From assembly GCA_963677485.1 (NCBI GenBank), contig OY781964.1:2944001-3008000 (forward strand): a stretch of DNA of 64,000 nucleotides, in the 5' to 3' direction. Origin of the DNA: Armatimonadota bacterium. Lineage in GTDB: Bacteria > Armatimonadota > HRBIN16. Of this stretch, positions 28,402-39,357 are shown piece by piece (the stretch's first letter is position 1; the number at the start of each line of letters is the position of its first letter). A model generated the notes under the pieces. The model was not told the DNA's origin. It saw nothing but the letters and a program-made list of their open reading frames with translations, and searched no databases. The translations under genes and the position numbers were made by a program.

Positions 28402-30240
28402 CTACGGCACGATGGGCGGGCGAAGAAGCTCCGCGAAGCCGTTCTCCACACCGCTGTAGCAGCCCGGACCGGTGAGGTTCCAGGTCCAGAACAGCCCTCC
28501 AGAATACCCCAGTTCCTTGATCTGCCGCCGGATGGTCAGCACCTGCTGTTTGGCCTGCTCCAGCGGGATATGTGTGAAGGCTCCGTATTCCCCCACAAAC
28601 ACCGGTTTGCCATTTCGGCAGAGCGCCTCCCATTCGTGCCCCTCTTTGTTGATAAGCGGACTGTCACCCCAGGGGTAGATGTGGATATCCAGGCAGTCCA
28701 GCTTACAGGATGGGCTGCTGAGCACGCTAGGTCTGGGGCAGTAGCGCTGGTCAGCCGTCACACCTTCTGACAGGTTGACACCGCCATCGGGTGCGCGTCG
28801 GAAGGCGTCGGCCGTCCACATGCCGGCAGTGGTCAATGCCTTGGGGTCGATCTTCTTGACCACATCCGACAGGCGGTTAGCCCAGTAGACCACGCCGTCA
28901 TCATAGCAGGCCTGCCTTTGTTCTTTGCTATCCATACGGTAGCTTCGGCCATTGGCGGTGGCGACAACCCCTTTTGATCTGCTGAACGGAGCATCCATCC
29001 CGTTCACGAAAAGCTCATTTGAGAATGACCAGGCCAGCACGCAGTTCAACAAGCCCTGATCAGCATTCTTCACGGCCGTGACGAACTGCTTGATAGCCTC
29101 CGCTTTAGCCTCAATCAACCCTTTGGTCAGGTATTGCCGGTTGTAGCCAGATACCCCGGGTATAGGCGTCGATCTGTCATATTTATCCGTGATGTAGTTG
29201 AAATAGTAATTCCGTGGTGTTTCGTCAAACACAGGGATCACATAGATGCGATGAGCCGTGCACCGGCGCAGGAAATCCACGAAGTTTTCAAGGTAGGCCG
29301 GGTTAAGTCCGCGACTGTCAGGTAGACCGCACCAGCCGTCGGGTTTCACCACCTCGCCCCATGCCCATACGCGGATGGCGTTCGCTCCAGCCGCTTGAAG
29401 TGCGGCCAGCATAGATTCGATACGCGCCGAATCATATGTCTTGGTGTTGAACATGCTGTGCCAGTGGGTGTCGGAGCTGAGTTCGGTGTAATTATATCCT
29501 TGCGGCGAATAGACAGCACCGGTATCGAGCCACACGAACTGCCCTGGCAACCCCTTGCGCGTACGGACGCCAATCCGCGGCAGCGGTTTGACTGGGGGCT
29601 GTTTTCGGACAACCGGCTGTATGCCCGCAATAGGAACAAGCGGTACCAGAGGCGCTTCGATCCCCTGTACGCTGAGGTTGGAGTAATTGGCCCCGTTGAA
29701 GTAGTTGACCAGCAGCACCTCACCCTCCCTATATGCGGAAGACTGGTCCCTACCTGGGCTTGATTGGGCGATGAGAGGTGGTTGGTCATCTACCCAGGCG
29801 GATATCTTGCCACCTTCGACTATCGCTCGCAGGTGCACAGTTTGCTTACGCAGATCAAGCCCTGTTTCGCGTTTGGCCAGTTCCGCCACACCTTGATCAC
29901 TGATGCAAAGCTGACCAGAGCTGCGGATCATGATCAGGATGCCTTCCTGGAAGACGGACAGTGCCAGCGGATTGCGGTTGTGAATCTGTATGCCCGCCCA
30001 GTTCTGGCCGACATCACCATATTCGGCGGTGATTTTGAGATCGACATTCACCTCTACATCGCGAAAGCGGTGACCGGTCCAACTGAGCGTGCCTGCTTGC
30101 CGGCTACGGTCGTCATGCTGGATAGATCGGCCGTTGAACGTCCATTCGCCCCCTGACGCGGCCCAGTTTTGCATATCGTCGGCGTTAAATGTAACGAGGG
30201 GGCCCGGTTTCCCGGACCCCTTAGTGTTTGCTTGTGGCAT
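28402..30240 (-). CDS. DUF1080-like domain plus GH5-like (clan A) glycoside hydrolase
   Basis: GANAIRVW, WSFSNE, DIHIYP, PVFVGEYG, GGLFWTW; ATG 30240 coupled to the SPFH stop. Confidence 0.8.
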   Translation of the reverse strand: MPQANTKGSGKPGPLVTFNADDMQNWAASGGEWTFNGRSIQHDDRSRQAGTLSWTGHRFRDVEVNVDLKITAEYGDVGQNWAGIQIHNRNPLALSVFQEGILIMIRSSGQLCISDQGVAELAKRETGLDLRKQTVHLRAIVEGGKISAWVDDQPPLIAQSSPGRDQSSAYREGEVLLVNYFNGANYSNLSVQGIEAPLVPLVPIAGIQPVVRKQPPVKPLPRIGVRTRKGLPGQFVWLDTGAVYSPQGYNYTELSSDTHWHSMFNTKTYDSARIESMLAALQAAGANAIRVWAWGEVVKPDGWCGLPDSRGLNPAYLENFVDFLRRCTAHRIYVIPVFDETPRNYYFNYITDKYDRSTPIPGVSGYNRQYLTKGLIEAKAEAIKQFVTAVKNADQGLLNCVLAWSFSNELFVNGMDAPFSRSKGVVATANGRSYRMDSKEQRQACYDDGVVYWANRLSDVVKKIDPKALTTAGMWTADAFRRAPDGGVNLSEGVTADQRYCPRPSVLSSPSCKLDCLDIHIYPWGDSPLINKEGHEWEALCRNGKPVFVGEYGAFTHIPLEQAKQQVLTIRRQIKELGYSGGLFWTWNLTGPGCYSGVENGFAELLRPPIVP

Positions 30241-30241
30241 A

Positions 30242-31246
30242 CTACCCTGCCTGGACGTTCTTCGGAGCCGGTTTATCCAGTTTTGAGAAGATCTCCTTGA
30301 TGCCGCCCAAGGCACCCAGCACACCAGTTGCTTCGTATGGAATGTAGATGGTCTTGTTGTCTTTTCCGCTGACCATGTTCTGCAGTGTTTCGATGTATTT
30401 CACCGCGATCAAATAGCTGGCAGGATCGCCGCCTGAGCTGGAAATCGCAGCGGTGACCAGGTTAATCGCTTCACCTTCAGCTTGAGCCACTTTCACTCGG
30501 GCGAGTGCCTCACCCTCCGCTCGAAGGATCATAGACTGTTTGATACCCTCTGCCTTGTTGATTTCTGACTGTTTCATACCCTCGGCGGTGAGGATGGCCG
30601 CTTGCTTCTGACCTTCAGCCTCCAGGATGATGGCGCGGCGGTCTCGCTCGGCGCGCATCTGTTTTTCCATGGCGGCTTTGATGTCGGCTGGGGGAATGAT
30701 ATCCTGCAGTTCGACTCGGGTGACCTTAACGCCCCACTTGTCGCTGGCTTCATCAAGCACGATGCGCAGCTTGCCGTTGATCGTCTCGCGTGAGGTCAAG
30801 GTGTGGTCAAACTCCATCTCGCCGATGATGTTACGCAGTGTAGTCTGTGTCAGCTTCTCGATGGCATCTGGCAGGTTGGCTATTTCATAAACCACGCGTT
30901 TAGGATCGACAATCTGGAAATAGATCATCGCATTGATTTCAATCGCTACGTTGTCGCGGGTGATGACATTCTGCTTCGGGAAGTCATATACTGTCTCGCG
31001 CAGGTCCACACGGGTGATCTGCTCACGGCGGACAAATGTGCGGCCTGAGGGGTCAGTTCGGTTATATCTCCAGTCCACAACTCTCGGTTTATCGATGATC
31101 GGCCAGATGATATGCAGGCCCGAGGTCAGCGTTTTGTGGTATGTGCCCAGCCGTTCTATCACGATGGACTCGGCCTGTGCCACCACTTTAACACCACTTA
31201 AGATGAACAGCACCACGAACAGGAGCAAGATCAAGATTACTTGCAT
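30242..31246 (-). CDS. SPFH/band 7 (QmcA/stomatin-like) protein
   Basis: IVIERLG, QNVITRDN, TTLRNIIG, WGVKVTRVE, MEKQMRAERDRRA. Confidence 0.95.
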   Translation of the reverse strand: MQVILILLLFVVLFILSGVKVVAQAESIVIERLGTYHKTLTSGLHIIWPIIDKPRVVDWRYNRTDPSGRTFVRREQITRVDLRETVYDFPKQNVITRDNVAIEINAMIYFQIVDPKRVVYEIANLPDAIEKLTQTTLRNIIGEMEFDHTLTSRETINGKLRIVLDEASDKWGVKVTRVELQDIIPPADIKAAMEKQMRAERDRRAIILEAEGQKQAAILTAEGMKQSEINKAEGIKQSMILRAEGEALARVKVAQAEGEAINLVTAAISSSGGDPASYLIAVKYIETLQNMVSGKDNKTIYIPYEATGVLGALGGIKEIFSKLDKPAPKNVQAG

Positions 31247-31247
31247 T

Positions 31248-31703
31248 TTAGCCCTCCTGGCTACTTAAGGTCACAGTGAGTGTGCACCCCTCAATGGAGA
31301 TGACCACCACTTCACTTCCAACTGGTATTGGTTCTTTTTCGGTTGTTCTCGCGCGCCAGTCGTCGCCTCCACACTTTACGCGTCCCTGCGAACCATCGAG
31401 CTCAATCTGTTGCGTGACACGCCCCGTCTTGCCTATCAGCGAAAGCGCGTTGGTCTGCTCCCCCTTTTTGTTGTATGCCGGCATGAACTTTAACATCAAA
31501 GGGCGGATGAACACAAACAGAACGGCAGCCGCGATGATATACACCAGGAGCTGCACGGTAGTGGCTGTTTTTGGTGCGATGAGTGTGACCAGCGCCGGCA
31601 CGATGGCGGCGATGCCCAAGACACCGGCTACAAACCCAGGCGTGAATATCTCTAAAATCAGCAGGACGATCAGCACGATCATCCAAGAATGCCAGACTTC
31701 CAT
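31248..31703 (-). CDS. Short NfeD-family membrane protein
   Basis: TM helices, LIGKTGRV...GRVKCGGDDWRA OB-fold; upstream of SPFH. Confidence 0.92.
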   Translation of the reverse strand: MEVWHSWMIVLIVLLILEIFTPGFVAGVLGIAAIVPALVTLIAPKTATTVQLLVYIIAAAVLFVFIRPLMLKFMPAYNKKGEQTNALSLIGKTGRVTQQIELDGSQGRVKCGGDDWRARTTEKEPIPVGSEVVVISIEGCTLTVTLSSQEG

Positions 31704-31906
31704 GAGGGGGTTCCTCCCAGTATCACCATATGAGGTGATTTACGGTTATATCATACCCGAAAATCGCGTTGAAAGGATGTTGATGTAGATGAATAATGAG
31801 TGCGGAGTATGGAGATAGAAACGTGGAACGGTGAAGTTCCTAAAATGCAGACTAACGAGTGAAAATGCAGTCATCGAGTCGCCGGAGGTTGCTTGTAAAA
31901 ACTTGG

Positions 31907-32074
31907 TTGGCTATGTCCGGGGCGGTCTGTCAGTACGCCTGCGGTGGCCACAGTCTATAGACCGCGCCGGTCTTGTTCGTGGAACGTATCTTTCAGGGCT
32001 ATCCGCCAGACCGGCGCGGTCTTGAGCCTTCTGCATCCGCTAGCCTGCGCACAGACCGCCCCGGACATAGGCAA
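31907..32074. mobile_element. 168-bp MITE/REPIN-like element
   Basis: 23-bp TIR TTGGCTATGTCCGGGGCGGTCTG / CAGACCGCCCCGGACATAGGCAA; inner inverted AGACCGCGCCGGTCT pair. Confidence 0.85.
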
Positions 32075-32338
32075 CGCTTGGCTGTAAAAAAAGAGGCGAA
32101 CAACGATTAGGACGCCCACAAGGGACGCCCCTACGACCGTATCCGTTACAGCCTGGGCTGCCGGGTAGGCACGCGCCGGACTTGTTCGTGGAACATATCT
32201 TTCAGGGCTATCCGCCAGACCGGCGCGGTCTTGAGCTTTCTGCATCCGCTAGCCTACGCACAGACCGCCCCGGACTTAGGCAAACAATGGGAACGCACCA
32301 GTTACAGCCTGGGCTGCCGTGCAAGCAGGGGCGGATGC

Positions 32339-33538
32339 TTACTCGTTTGTTTGCAGTGTTTTGGTGCTTTTGAGCAGTTCGGCGATGCGGCTGGTAATAT
32401 CATGCAGGCGGAATGGCTTCATGACATGGCCTCGGCAGCCGGGTAAATCTTCCTCAAATCCTTGGTAGCTGCCACTGCAGATCAAGGCATTTACGTTGTT
32501 ATCAAGTTTGTATAACTCACTCAGGCAGTCAAATCCGCCCATGCCACCGGGAACCAGTGCATCCAAAAGCACCAGATCGAAAGGAGCCTTTTCCTGCATG
32601 GCCAACCTGTATTTACTGATGGCTTCGACGCCATGGCTGGCCGTTTCGGTATGATAACCCATTTGACGCAAGACTGTCGATAGCACTTCAGATATCGCGG
32701 CGTCATCATCCATGATTAATATCCGACCACTGCCTCCCACCAGGATCGAAGGCTGCTTTTGTTCAATGCAGACCTGATTTTCCACGGCGGGTACCAATAT
32801 GGTGAACGTGGTTCCGACATTGACGGCGGATTCTACGCCTATCCATCCGCCGAACCGCTCGATAAGCGCTTGCACCGTGGCTAGACCCAGCCCGCTGCCT
32901 GAGCTTTTAGTGGTGTAAAATGGCTCGAATATACACGGCATCACATGTGGAGGTATCCCTGCACCGTTGTCTTGCACCAGCAGCCTTACATAATTACCAG
33001 GCTTAAGTGGTACCGGACTGCTGGAGCCCAGCTCAATGTTGTTGGCTGAGCAGGTGATGATGCCACCATGTGGCATGGCTTGTTCTGCATTGATGATAAG
33101 GTTCTGAATGATCTGGCTGAGCATGCCGTCATCAACACCCACCATATGTAAATCGCGGGCTATTTCAAAGCGGCATTTTACGTTCATGCCGGTGGTCGCA
33201 AACTGTACTGTTTCGCGCAGCACCTTGTCCAGCGAGGAGTGGTTGGTTAGCACCATATTCCCTTTGGTTAGCCCCAGTAACTGAGCCACTAATCCGCGGG
33301 CCCGTTCGCAGGCTGCTTCAGCGGTTTCAAGATGATGGAATTCCTTGGCGTCATGATCCATGCTAAGTTTCGCCAGACCGATATTGCCCATAATCGAGGT
33401 GAGAATATTGTTGAAGTCGTGGGCTACACCGCCCGCAAGCACATGAAGAGATTCAAGCTTGCTAGCAGCAACGAGCTCGGTTTCTTTGGGGAGGCTTTGG
33501 TCCAAATTGCGATCCAAGAAGAACCCCTTTCGTCTCAA
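32339..33538 (-). CDS. Hybrid histidine kinase/response regulator (CckA-like) without sensor domain
   Basis: GGVAHDFNNIL, QNLIINA, DNGAGI, IFEPFYTTK, GSGLGL, C-terminal REC domain. Confidence 0.92.
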   Translation of the reverse strand: MRRKGFFLDRNLDQSLPKETELVAASKLESLHVLAGGVAHDFNNILTSIMGNIGLAKLSMDHDAKEFHHLETAEAACERARGLVAQLLGLTKGNMVLTNHSSLDKVLRETVQFATTGMNVKCRFEIARDLHMVGVDDGMLSQIIQNLIINAEQAMPHGGIITCSANNIELGSSSPVPLKPGNYVRLLVQDNGAGIPPHVMPCIFEPFYTTKSSGSGLGLATVQALIERFGGWIGVESAVNVGTTFTILVPAVENQVCIEQKQPSILVGGSGRILIMDDDAAISEVLSTVLRQMGYHTETASHGVEAISKYRLAMQEKAPFDLVLLDALVPGGMGGFDCLSELYKLDNNVNALICSGSYQGFEEDLPGCRGHVMKPFRLHDITSRIAELLKSTKTLQTNE

Positions 33539-33754
33539 GTGACCTGCACATCGAAAACAGCACCATACATAATCATACTGTACCTTTCTGTATCATGGGC
33601 GTGATATGGTAAATTAAGGCTGATGATGAGCTCAAACTGCGATCTTTTGAGAGGCATCTGGCACAAAAACGTAGATGCAGATGATGTGTCAGATTGTGTG
33701 CTCAGTCAGCTTACATCATGCTGCACGAGATGGCACAGAACAGGGGAATGAGCA

Positions 33755-34567
33755 ATGAAACGGTCAGGTATTTCGCGACTTGCCCATCTGTGGAACGACA
33801 AGAGCTGGGCACAGATCGTACCTCAAGCATCCGCTGCTGCAGATGAAGGGCACCCGCTATCATTTGATTACCTGCCACACCCGATATGCTCTGTCCCGAT
33901 GCTTGATCAGCGTGTATCCGAGGTAGAGCCCGTCATCATGGAAGCCTCTCGACGGTATGCGGGCTGCCAGTGGTCTATGAAACCGGCGATATGGGGGCTG
34001 CAAACTGGTCTTGATCTTTTTGAGCAATCCTTAGTCCGCTTGAACCTGATATGCCGTGCTAATAACATATCACTACGGATGGACACCCCACCGGCACCAT
34101 TTCAGAAGGCATGTCTTGAGTTGGCTTTAGGCTTACCCTGTGTCCAACCCGTATTGGCCGTGAGTGAACCAGGTTTTGATGAACACTTGCGCTTATGTAT
34201 AGACTCCAGACGCAACATCCGGTTGGTAAAGGGATATTCGGAAGCATATGTTTCTGAGTATACTGTGAGTGATCGAATGGTTGACGCGGTGCAGGCACTG
34301 TGGCAGGCGGAGATGCCCGCTGCGATCGCTACACACGACCCTGAGGTGCTGCAGGTCGCCATGAACCTACCCTCATATCAACCTGGTATGTTTGAAGTTG
34401 AAGTGGTCGCGCACCTTGTCACAAGCCGTCAATTGCGGGCAATTTCTGCTCATATGCTCCGGCTTTACTATCCATACGGTGTCAACGCAGGCAAATTCTT
34501 CGCAAAACGTGTATTAGGGTCTCCCGTGAACCGTCACGCGTTTCTGAGGGCTACCCACGATAGATAA
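33755..34567 (+). CDS. Divergent proline dehydrogenase-like protein
   Basis: IRLVKGY, AIATHD, LRLYYPYG...RV motifs. Confidence 0.6.
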   Translation: MKRSGISRLAHLWNDKSWAQIVPQASAAADEGHPLSFDYLPHPICSVPMLDQRVSEVEPVIMEASRRYAGCQWSMKPAIWGLQTGLDLFEQSLVRLNLICRANNISLRMDTPPAPFQKACLELALGLPCVQPVLAVSEPGFDEHLRLCIDSRRNIRLVKGYSEAYVSEYTVSDRMVDAVQALWQAEMPAAIATHDPEVLQVAMNLPSYQPGMFEVEVVAHLVTSRQLRAISAHMLRLYYPYGVNAGKFFAKRVLGSPVNRHAFLRATHDR

Positions 34568-34601
34568 AACCCAATCGTAATATTGCATCTGGAGGTATCT
34601 C

Positions 34602-37124
34602 ATGGCTTCTACCCCTAAATGGATATGGTCTAATTTAGCAGATCCGACCCCCGTTAATCGGTACACCTATTTCATGAAGAGTTTCACTCTGGATGATTTT
34701 CCGGAAGACACTGTGCTGCGTATCGCGGCCGACAGTAACGCCATGGTTATGCTCAACGGAACCATCATACGGCGCAGAGTGACCCGGTACGACGAGACCA
34801 ACATCACCTGTGAAGTGATTTCAGTGCGGCGGTATTTGTTGATGGGCACTAATGAACTGGTCATCATGCATCACAACTGGGGCGACATTACCACCTTCCA
34901 ACGAAACGGACAGAAGCATGCAGGGCTGTGGGTGAAGAGCAGCTTTGTATCTAGCGATGAGACATGGAAGTGCTGCACTGTCCCTCATTTTGTGCCTCAC
35001 ACCGAGCAGATATCTGGTATCGCCGGCGATGCCAAGCGAATCCGGTTCCCTGTCATATTTGACACGCGCGCCCTAAGCCTGTTGTCGAAGCGCGACTGGC
35101 AGCCTGTTCAAGTGGTGACTGAGGGCCCATGGAACACGCCTGAGGATGTGGAGACCGGCAACCAGAGAGACTACCTGCAACACCCCCATGCGGTGGTGAA
35201 CGCGGGTAACCTGGTGGTGCCCTCCATACCCGACTTCAGCCCAATCAAAATCGCTCAACGTATCAGGCAGAGCCAGTGTCTGCCGGTTGCTGATATGAAG
35301 CATAAAGCTGAGGGTCTGTGCCAGTTGCAGCAGGTGCCCTGGCGTATTGAGGCTAAAGCCGGACGCTCACTCTATGTCACTTTTGATCTGTGGAAGCCTG
35401 TGCATGGCTATCCATACCTGGTGGTCGACTGCAGCAGTGACCTGGTTGAGGTTGATCTGGGGTATGGTGAGGTGGCTGCACCCATCTATAGCGGTTTGCC
35501 TGCCGTGACTGAGGACGGCTGGGTTAACACTGAGGCCGTGGTGGGGCAGGGGTATGCCGATCAGGCGATCCTGTGTCCTGGACGTCACCGCCTTGAGTTC
35601 CCAGATGAACGTACCGCTCGTTGGATCACACTGCACTTCCACTTCAAGGCTGACGGCGCGGTGACACTGCGCGATGTGGGTATCGACCACAATCAGTACG
35701 CCATCCGTCCCAGGGGCAGCTTCCATACCGGTAACCCGTTGATTGATCAGATTGTGAATCTATGCTTGACCCACGCCGAAATCACCATGAGCGACGTGTA
35801 TGTAGATACCCCTGGCCGTGAAGATGGTCAGTGGATTGAAGATAACCGGCCGCGGGCGAATCTGGCCAGCGCCTGGTTTGGTGACAATGCATTACGACGC
35901 ACCATGATACGCACACTGGCACAGGGGCAGGGCGAAGATGGCAACCTGCATCCCTTCTATCCCAGCAACTTCCCGGCGTTTCCAGCCGGATGGGACTGGA
36001 GCATGCAGTGGACCGCGATGTTGTACGACGACTATATGTGGACAGGTGACCTGACATACACTCGCCGTTTTTGGCCCCACCTGGTCAAATACTGGAAGTC
36101 GCTGTGTAAGGACATCGATAAGGACGGTCTGTGGAAAACCACGTTGTTGATGGCGGATATCCGGGCATCGGCAGAGTGGAAGAAGCCGTTCACCAGCAGC
36201 GGCACGATCACGCCCTGGGTGATTCAACGCCTGGAGTACAGCGCCGTATTGGCCGACGCAGTCGGTGAACATGCGACCGCGATTGAGTGGCGTGAAACCG
36301 CCCGCAAGCTGGCAGACGCCTTCCGTAAATACCACATCGTGCCTCCGCATCGGGATGTGCCCGCTCATGTGGCTGATATCATGGGGCCTGGGTTAAGCAT
36401 AGATGATCGCGGCTACAGCCAAGCCTCTCAGACCATTGCCATCAGCCTGGGTTTACTCGATCCTACCGAGGCACTGGAGGACATCGACTACGCATTTTCG
36501 GAGCCGGTCGGTGCGCCATCGCCTGGCGTGACACGCTGGAATAACCCCACCTACCTCCGCAGAGCTCTCAACGCCATGGTGGCCGTGGGACGTACGGAAC
36601 GGGCGGTCAGGCATCTCATAGAGAGGTATGAGCCGTATCTCGCGGGGCATGTTCGTAACACCACCCCGGCGGCATTACAGGGTGCCTTTGGCGGCCCGCT
36701 TCCCGAATACTGGATTGGCCGCGAGGATCTGGGTTTGAAACCTGGTGAGATCAACCCGCATCAACCGGAGGACGACACCGGCTCACATGGCTGGAACGCA
36801 TTGGCCCTGCTGTGGTTCCACGAATCACTGTTGGGTGTGACCATCGCCAAGCCCGGTGGTGTGGAGTTAAACATCACCCCCCGTTTTGGAGGATTCCCAT
36901 ACATATCTGGCAGCACATGCAGCCCGAAGGGCATGGTTCATCTTTTTGCCGATAAGCAGGAGATGTGCCTTGAGATAGAGCTGCCGGCTGGTGTGATGGG
37001 GCATATCATGCTGCCCGATGAGTTCGGCAGCCATGCTGTGGCGGTTGAGGGCAACGTGCAGCAGCTTGAGGGCGCGCGGTGGCTGGCACCAGAGGGCGGC
37101 AAGCTCAGCTTCCGGGTGTTGTAG
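34602..37124 (+). CDS. GH78 alpha-L-rhamnosidase-like protein
   Basis: IAADS, G.F...NPLIDQI, YVDTPGREDGQWIED, SHGW, LLGV...PG. Confidence 0.85.
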   Translation: MASTPKWIWSNLADPTPVNRYTYFMKSFTLDDFPEDTVLRIAADSNAMVMLNGTIIRRRVTRYDETNITCEVISVRRYLLMGTNELVIMHHNWGDITTFQRNGQKHAGLWVKSSFVSSDETWKCCTVPHFVPHTEQISGIAGDAKRIRFPVIFDTRALSLLSKRDWQPVQVVTEGPWNTPEDVETGNQRDYLQHPHAVVNAGNLVVPSIPDFSPIKIAQRIRQSQCLPVADMKHKAEGLCQLQQVPWRIEAKAGRSLYVTFDLWKPVHGYPYLVVDCSSDLVEVDLGYGEVAAPIYSGLPAVTEDGWVNTEAVVGQGYADQAILCPGRHRLEFPDERTARWITLHFHFKADGAVTLRDVGIDHNQYAIRPRGSFHTGNPLIDQIVNLCLTHAEITMSDVYVDTPGREDGQWIEDNRPRANLASAWFGDNALRRTMIRTLAQGQGEDGNLHPFYPSNFPAFPAGWDWSMQWTAMLYDDYMWTGDLTYTRRFWPHLVKYWKSLCKDIDKDGLWKTTLLMADIRASAEWKKPFTSSGTITPWVIQRLEYSAVLADAVGEHATAIEWRETARKLADAFRKYHIVPPHRDVPAHVADIMGPGLSIDDRGYSQASQTIAISLGLLDPTEALEDIDYAFSEPVGAPSPGVTRWNNPTYLRRALNAMVAVGRTERAVRHLIERYEPYLAGHVRNTTPAALQGAFGGPLPEYWIGREDLGLKPGEINPHQPEDDTGSHGWNALALLWFHESLLGVTIAKPGGVELNITPRFGGFPYISGSTCSPKGMVHLFADKQEMCLEIELPAGVMGHIMLPDEFGSHAVAVEGNVQQLEGARWLAPEGGKLSFRVL

Positions 37125-37523
37125 AGGCGGAGTGTGGGCTGGGTGACAATATCCGTGGTGACCGTTCTTTGAATGTACTCTGGGGCAACCCCCCGTGGTT
37201 GCCTACCACCCAATCCGTCCTATCAGTCCCATCCGTCCGATTCCCGGATTGTCTGAACCACGGATTACACGGATGACGTGGATAGGGACGGATGGGAAGG
37301 TAAATACCAATCGGGAGTCTTGAGTTCCCAGGGACGGAACAAAACCGCGTTGCTTCCTGGAAAACTGGCGCGCAGGTTCCGTATATTGTGGAGTTTCGAC
37401 ATATCGCTCAGGACAGTATGGTGGTCTCGTATTACCACGCTCGCCATATAAACCATGAGAATGATATGGTTATTTCAGATACTATAGGGTATGATATATT
37501 CACTATCTGAGCAGAGTTTATGC

Positions 37524-37680
37524 ATGGATGAGCCAAAGGGCGAAATCGTCATCTATGAAACATCAGACCGCATATCCCGTGTTGATGTTCGATTAGTTCA
37601 AGAGACTGTATGGTTAACTCAGCTACGTAGGGATTCAGTTGTCGCAAAATACGCAACAACTGCCTGGATGGCCAAACACA
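37524..37680 (+). pseudogene. Internally deleted RhuM-family N-terminal fragment
   Basis: GEIVIYETSD...VDVRLVQETVWLTQ joined almost directly to SVVAKYATTA, then a frameshift. Confidence 0.65.
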
Positions 37681-37694
37681 TGAGGATGTGGTGA

Positions 37695-38777
37695 TTGATG
37701 AAGATCGTGGTTAGGGACATGAAGGGTACACTGATCATCGCAGGTGAATATCGCGACTTAGGCACCGCTTTATCACTTCATAAGTCAAACATGGCTTGCG
37801 CTCAACTGCATCATGCTGACCTGCGCCATGCTGATCTACAAGGTATAGACCTTAGCAGAGCCAACCTGCCAGAATCGAACCTGGCTGGAGCAAATCTCAC
37901 CAACGCCAATCTTCAAGGGGCGATCTTGAGCGGTGCTGATCTATCTGGAGCCGATTTACGGAAAGCCAACCTCGATCGTGCCCATATGAAACAAGCTGTT
38001 GTCCGTCAAGCCAATCTTGAAGGAGCTAGTCTCCGCAATGCGAATCTGCGTAGCGCAATGATGTCAGGTGCTCAGATGCATGGGGCTAACTTGTCGTATG
38101 CCAAGTTGATGGGGGCCGACTTATCTTATACCGATATGACGTACGTATACCTTAAAAAAGCCATCATGAATAACGCAGACTTACGATGCGCCAACCTAAG
38201 CCATTCCCATGTTTCTTACGCTTATTTTGATGCCGTTAATCTCGTAGGAGCTAACCTTCGTCATGTGATAAGTAAAGACGCCAAGATGCGCGATGCAAAC
38301 TTGAAATATGTTGATCTCCAGAATGCAGATATGGAGGGCACGTATATGGCGCGGGCGAATCTGGATGGAGCTATGTTAAATAACGCCTATCTGCGGGTTA
38401 TTAGTATCGTCGGAGCAAGTCTTAACGAAACGGTCTTTACAGGAGCAGTGCTCACGGGAGTCAACTTTAATAGTGTTGATCTGTCAGGTAAGGACTTAAG
38501 TCGCTGTGACTTTAGCCATGACGATATGACCGGTGCTAATTTGTCTGGAGCCAACCTGACCGATGCCAACATGATGTGGGCTAAGATGAACGATACTGTT
38601 TTTGACGGAGCTTGTTTAGCCAATACTAATCTAAAACACGCGAATCTTGTTGGTGCTAACCTGTCTCAAGCTAACTTCCAAGGAGCTAATGCTACAAAAG
38701 CAAAGATAAGCCGTTCAGATTACGAGTTTCTATGTACACAAAGTGTAGAACTAGATTTCGTAAGTTGGGTGGATTGA
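37695..38777 (+). CDS. Pentapeptide repeat protein
   Basis: Continuous A(D/N)Lxx repeats over about 300 aa. Confidence 0.95.
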   Translation: MMKIVVRDMKGTLIIAGEYRDLGTALSLHKSNMACAQLHHADLRHADLQGIDLSRANLPESNLAGANLTNANLQGAILSGADLSGADLRKANLDRAHMKQAVVRQANLEGASLRNANLRSAMMSGAQMHGANLSYAKLMGADLSYTDMTYVYLKKAIMNNADLRCANLSHSHVSYAYFDAVNLVGANLRHVISKDAKMRDANLKYVDLQNADMEGTYMARANLDGAMLNNAYLRVISIVGASLNETVFTGAVLTGVNFNSVDLSGKDLSRCDFSHDDMTGANLSGANLTDANMMWAKMNDTVFDGACLANTNLKHANLVGANLSQANFQGANATKAKISRSDYEFLCTQSVELDFVSWVD

Positions 38778-38789
38778 AGGAACAATCCT

Positions 38790-39235
38790 TGTGGTCAATC
38801 CCGCAGGAACACGCAAGTAATTGGTGCGCATCACGGCGTGCTTGTTGGTCATCATGATGCATGTGCTGTAAAATGTAAACAGTGCCTATCAAGGTGTAGC
38901 TACCGTTCGTAAATCTGCACCCCGCTCGTGCGTCAGTGATTTGCTGCAGCCGAGAGTGGCCAACCTGCGCTAGAGGATCCGATGACTCCAACACATTACA
39001 GCTTTCATATATGCGGCACTGACACGACAGCCGCCATGAAGCTCATCACTTTTTCTGCCCCACAGATACCGCTCATGCCCGAATCCGGATGGTGCGGATA
39101 TCATTCAGCTCAGGTGTCGCATCGCCTGCCGTGAGATTGTCCTGTCAGGGTGACGCGACCCAGCGGAATATGATGGAACACCGAGCCTGACAGTTCTCAC
39201 TTGTCGAATGCTGCACCGAGCATAAACAAGTCTGC
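38790..39235 (-). pseudogene. Possible decayed tyrosine recombinase (XerC/D-like) remnant
   Basis: Frameshifted fragments LVYA..SIR, RLSCQ, TL..S...THERGADLRTV. Confidence 0.3.
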
Positions 39236-39357
39236 ACATCCTTACCCACCAGACCCTATGCCTGCACGTCAGCCGTACGTGCTCGTGGTTGCTTGAACCG
39301 TGACCTGTGGGTTCTTAATAAATGTAAACCAATTTGCCTTACCAAGAGGATATATCC

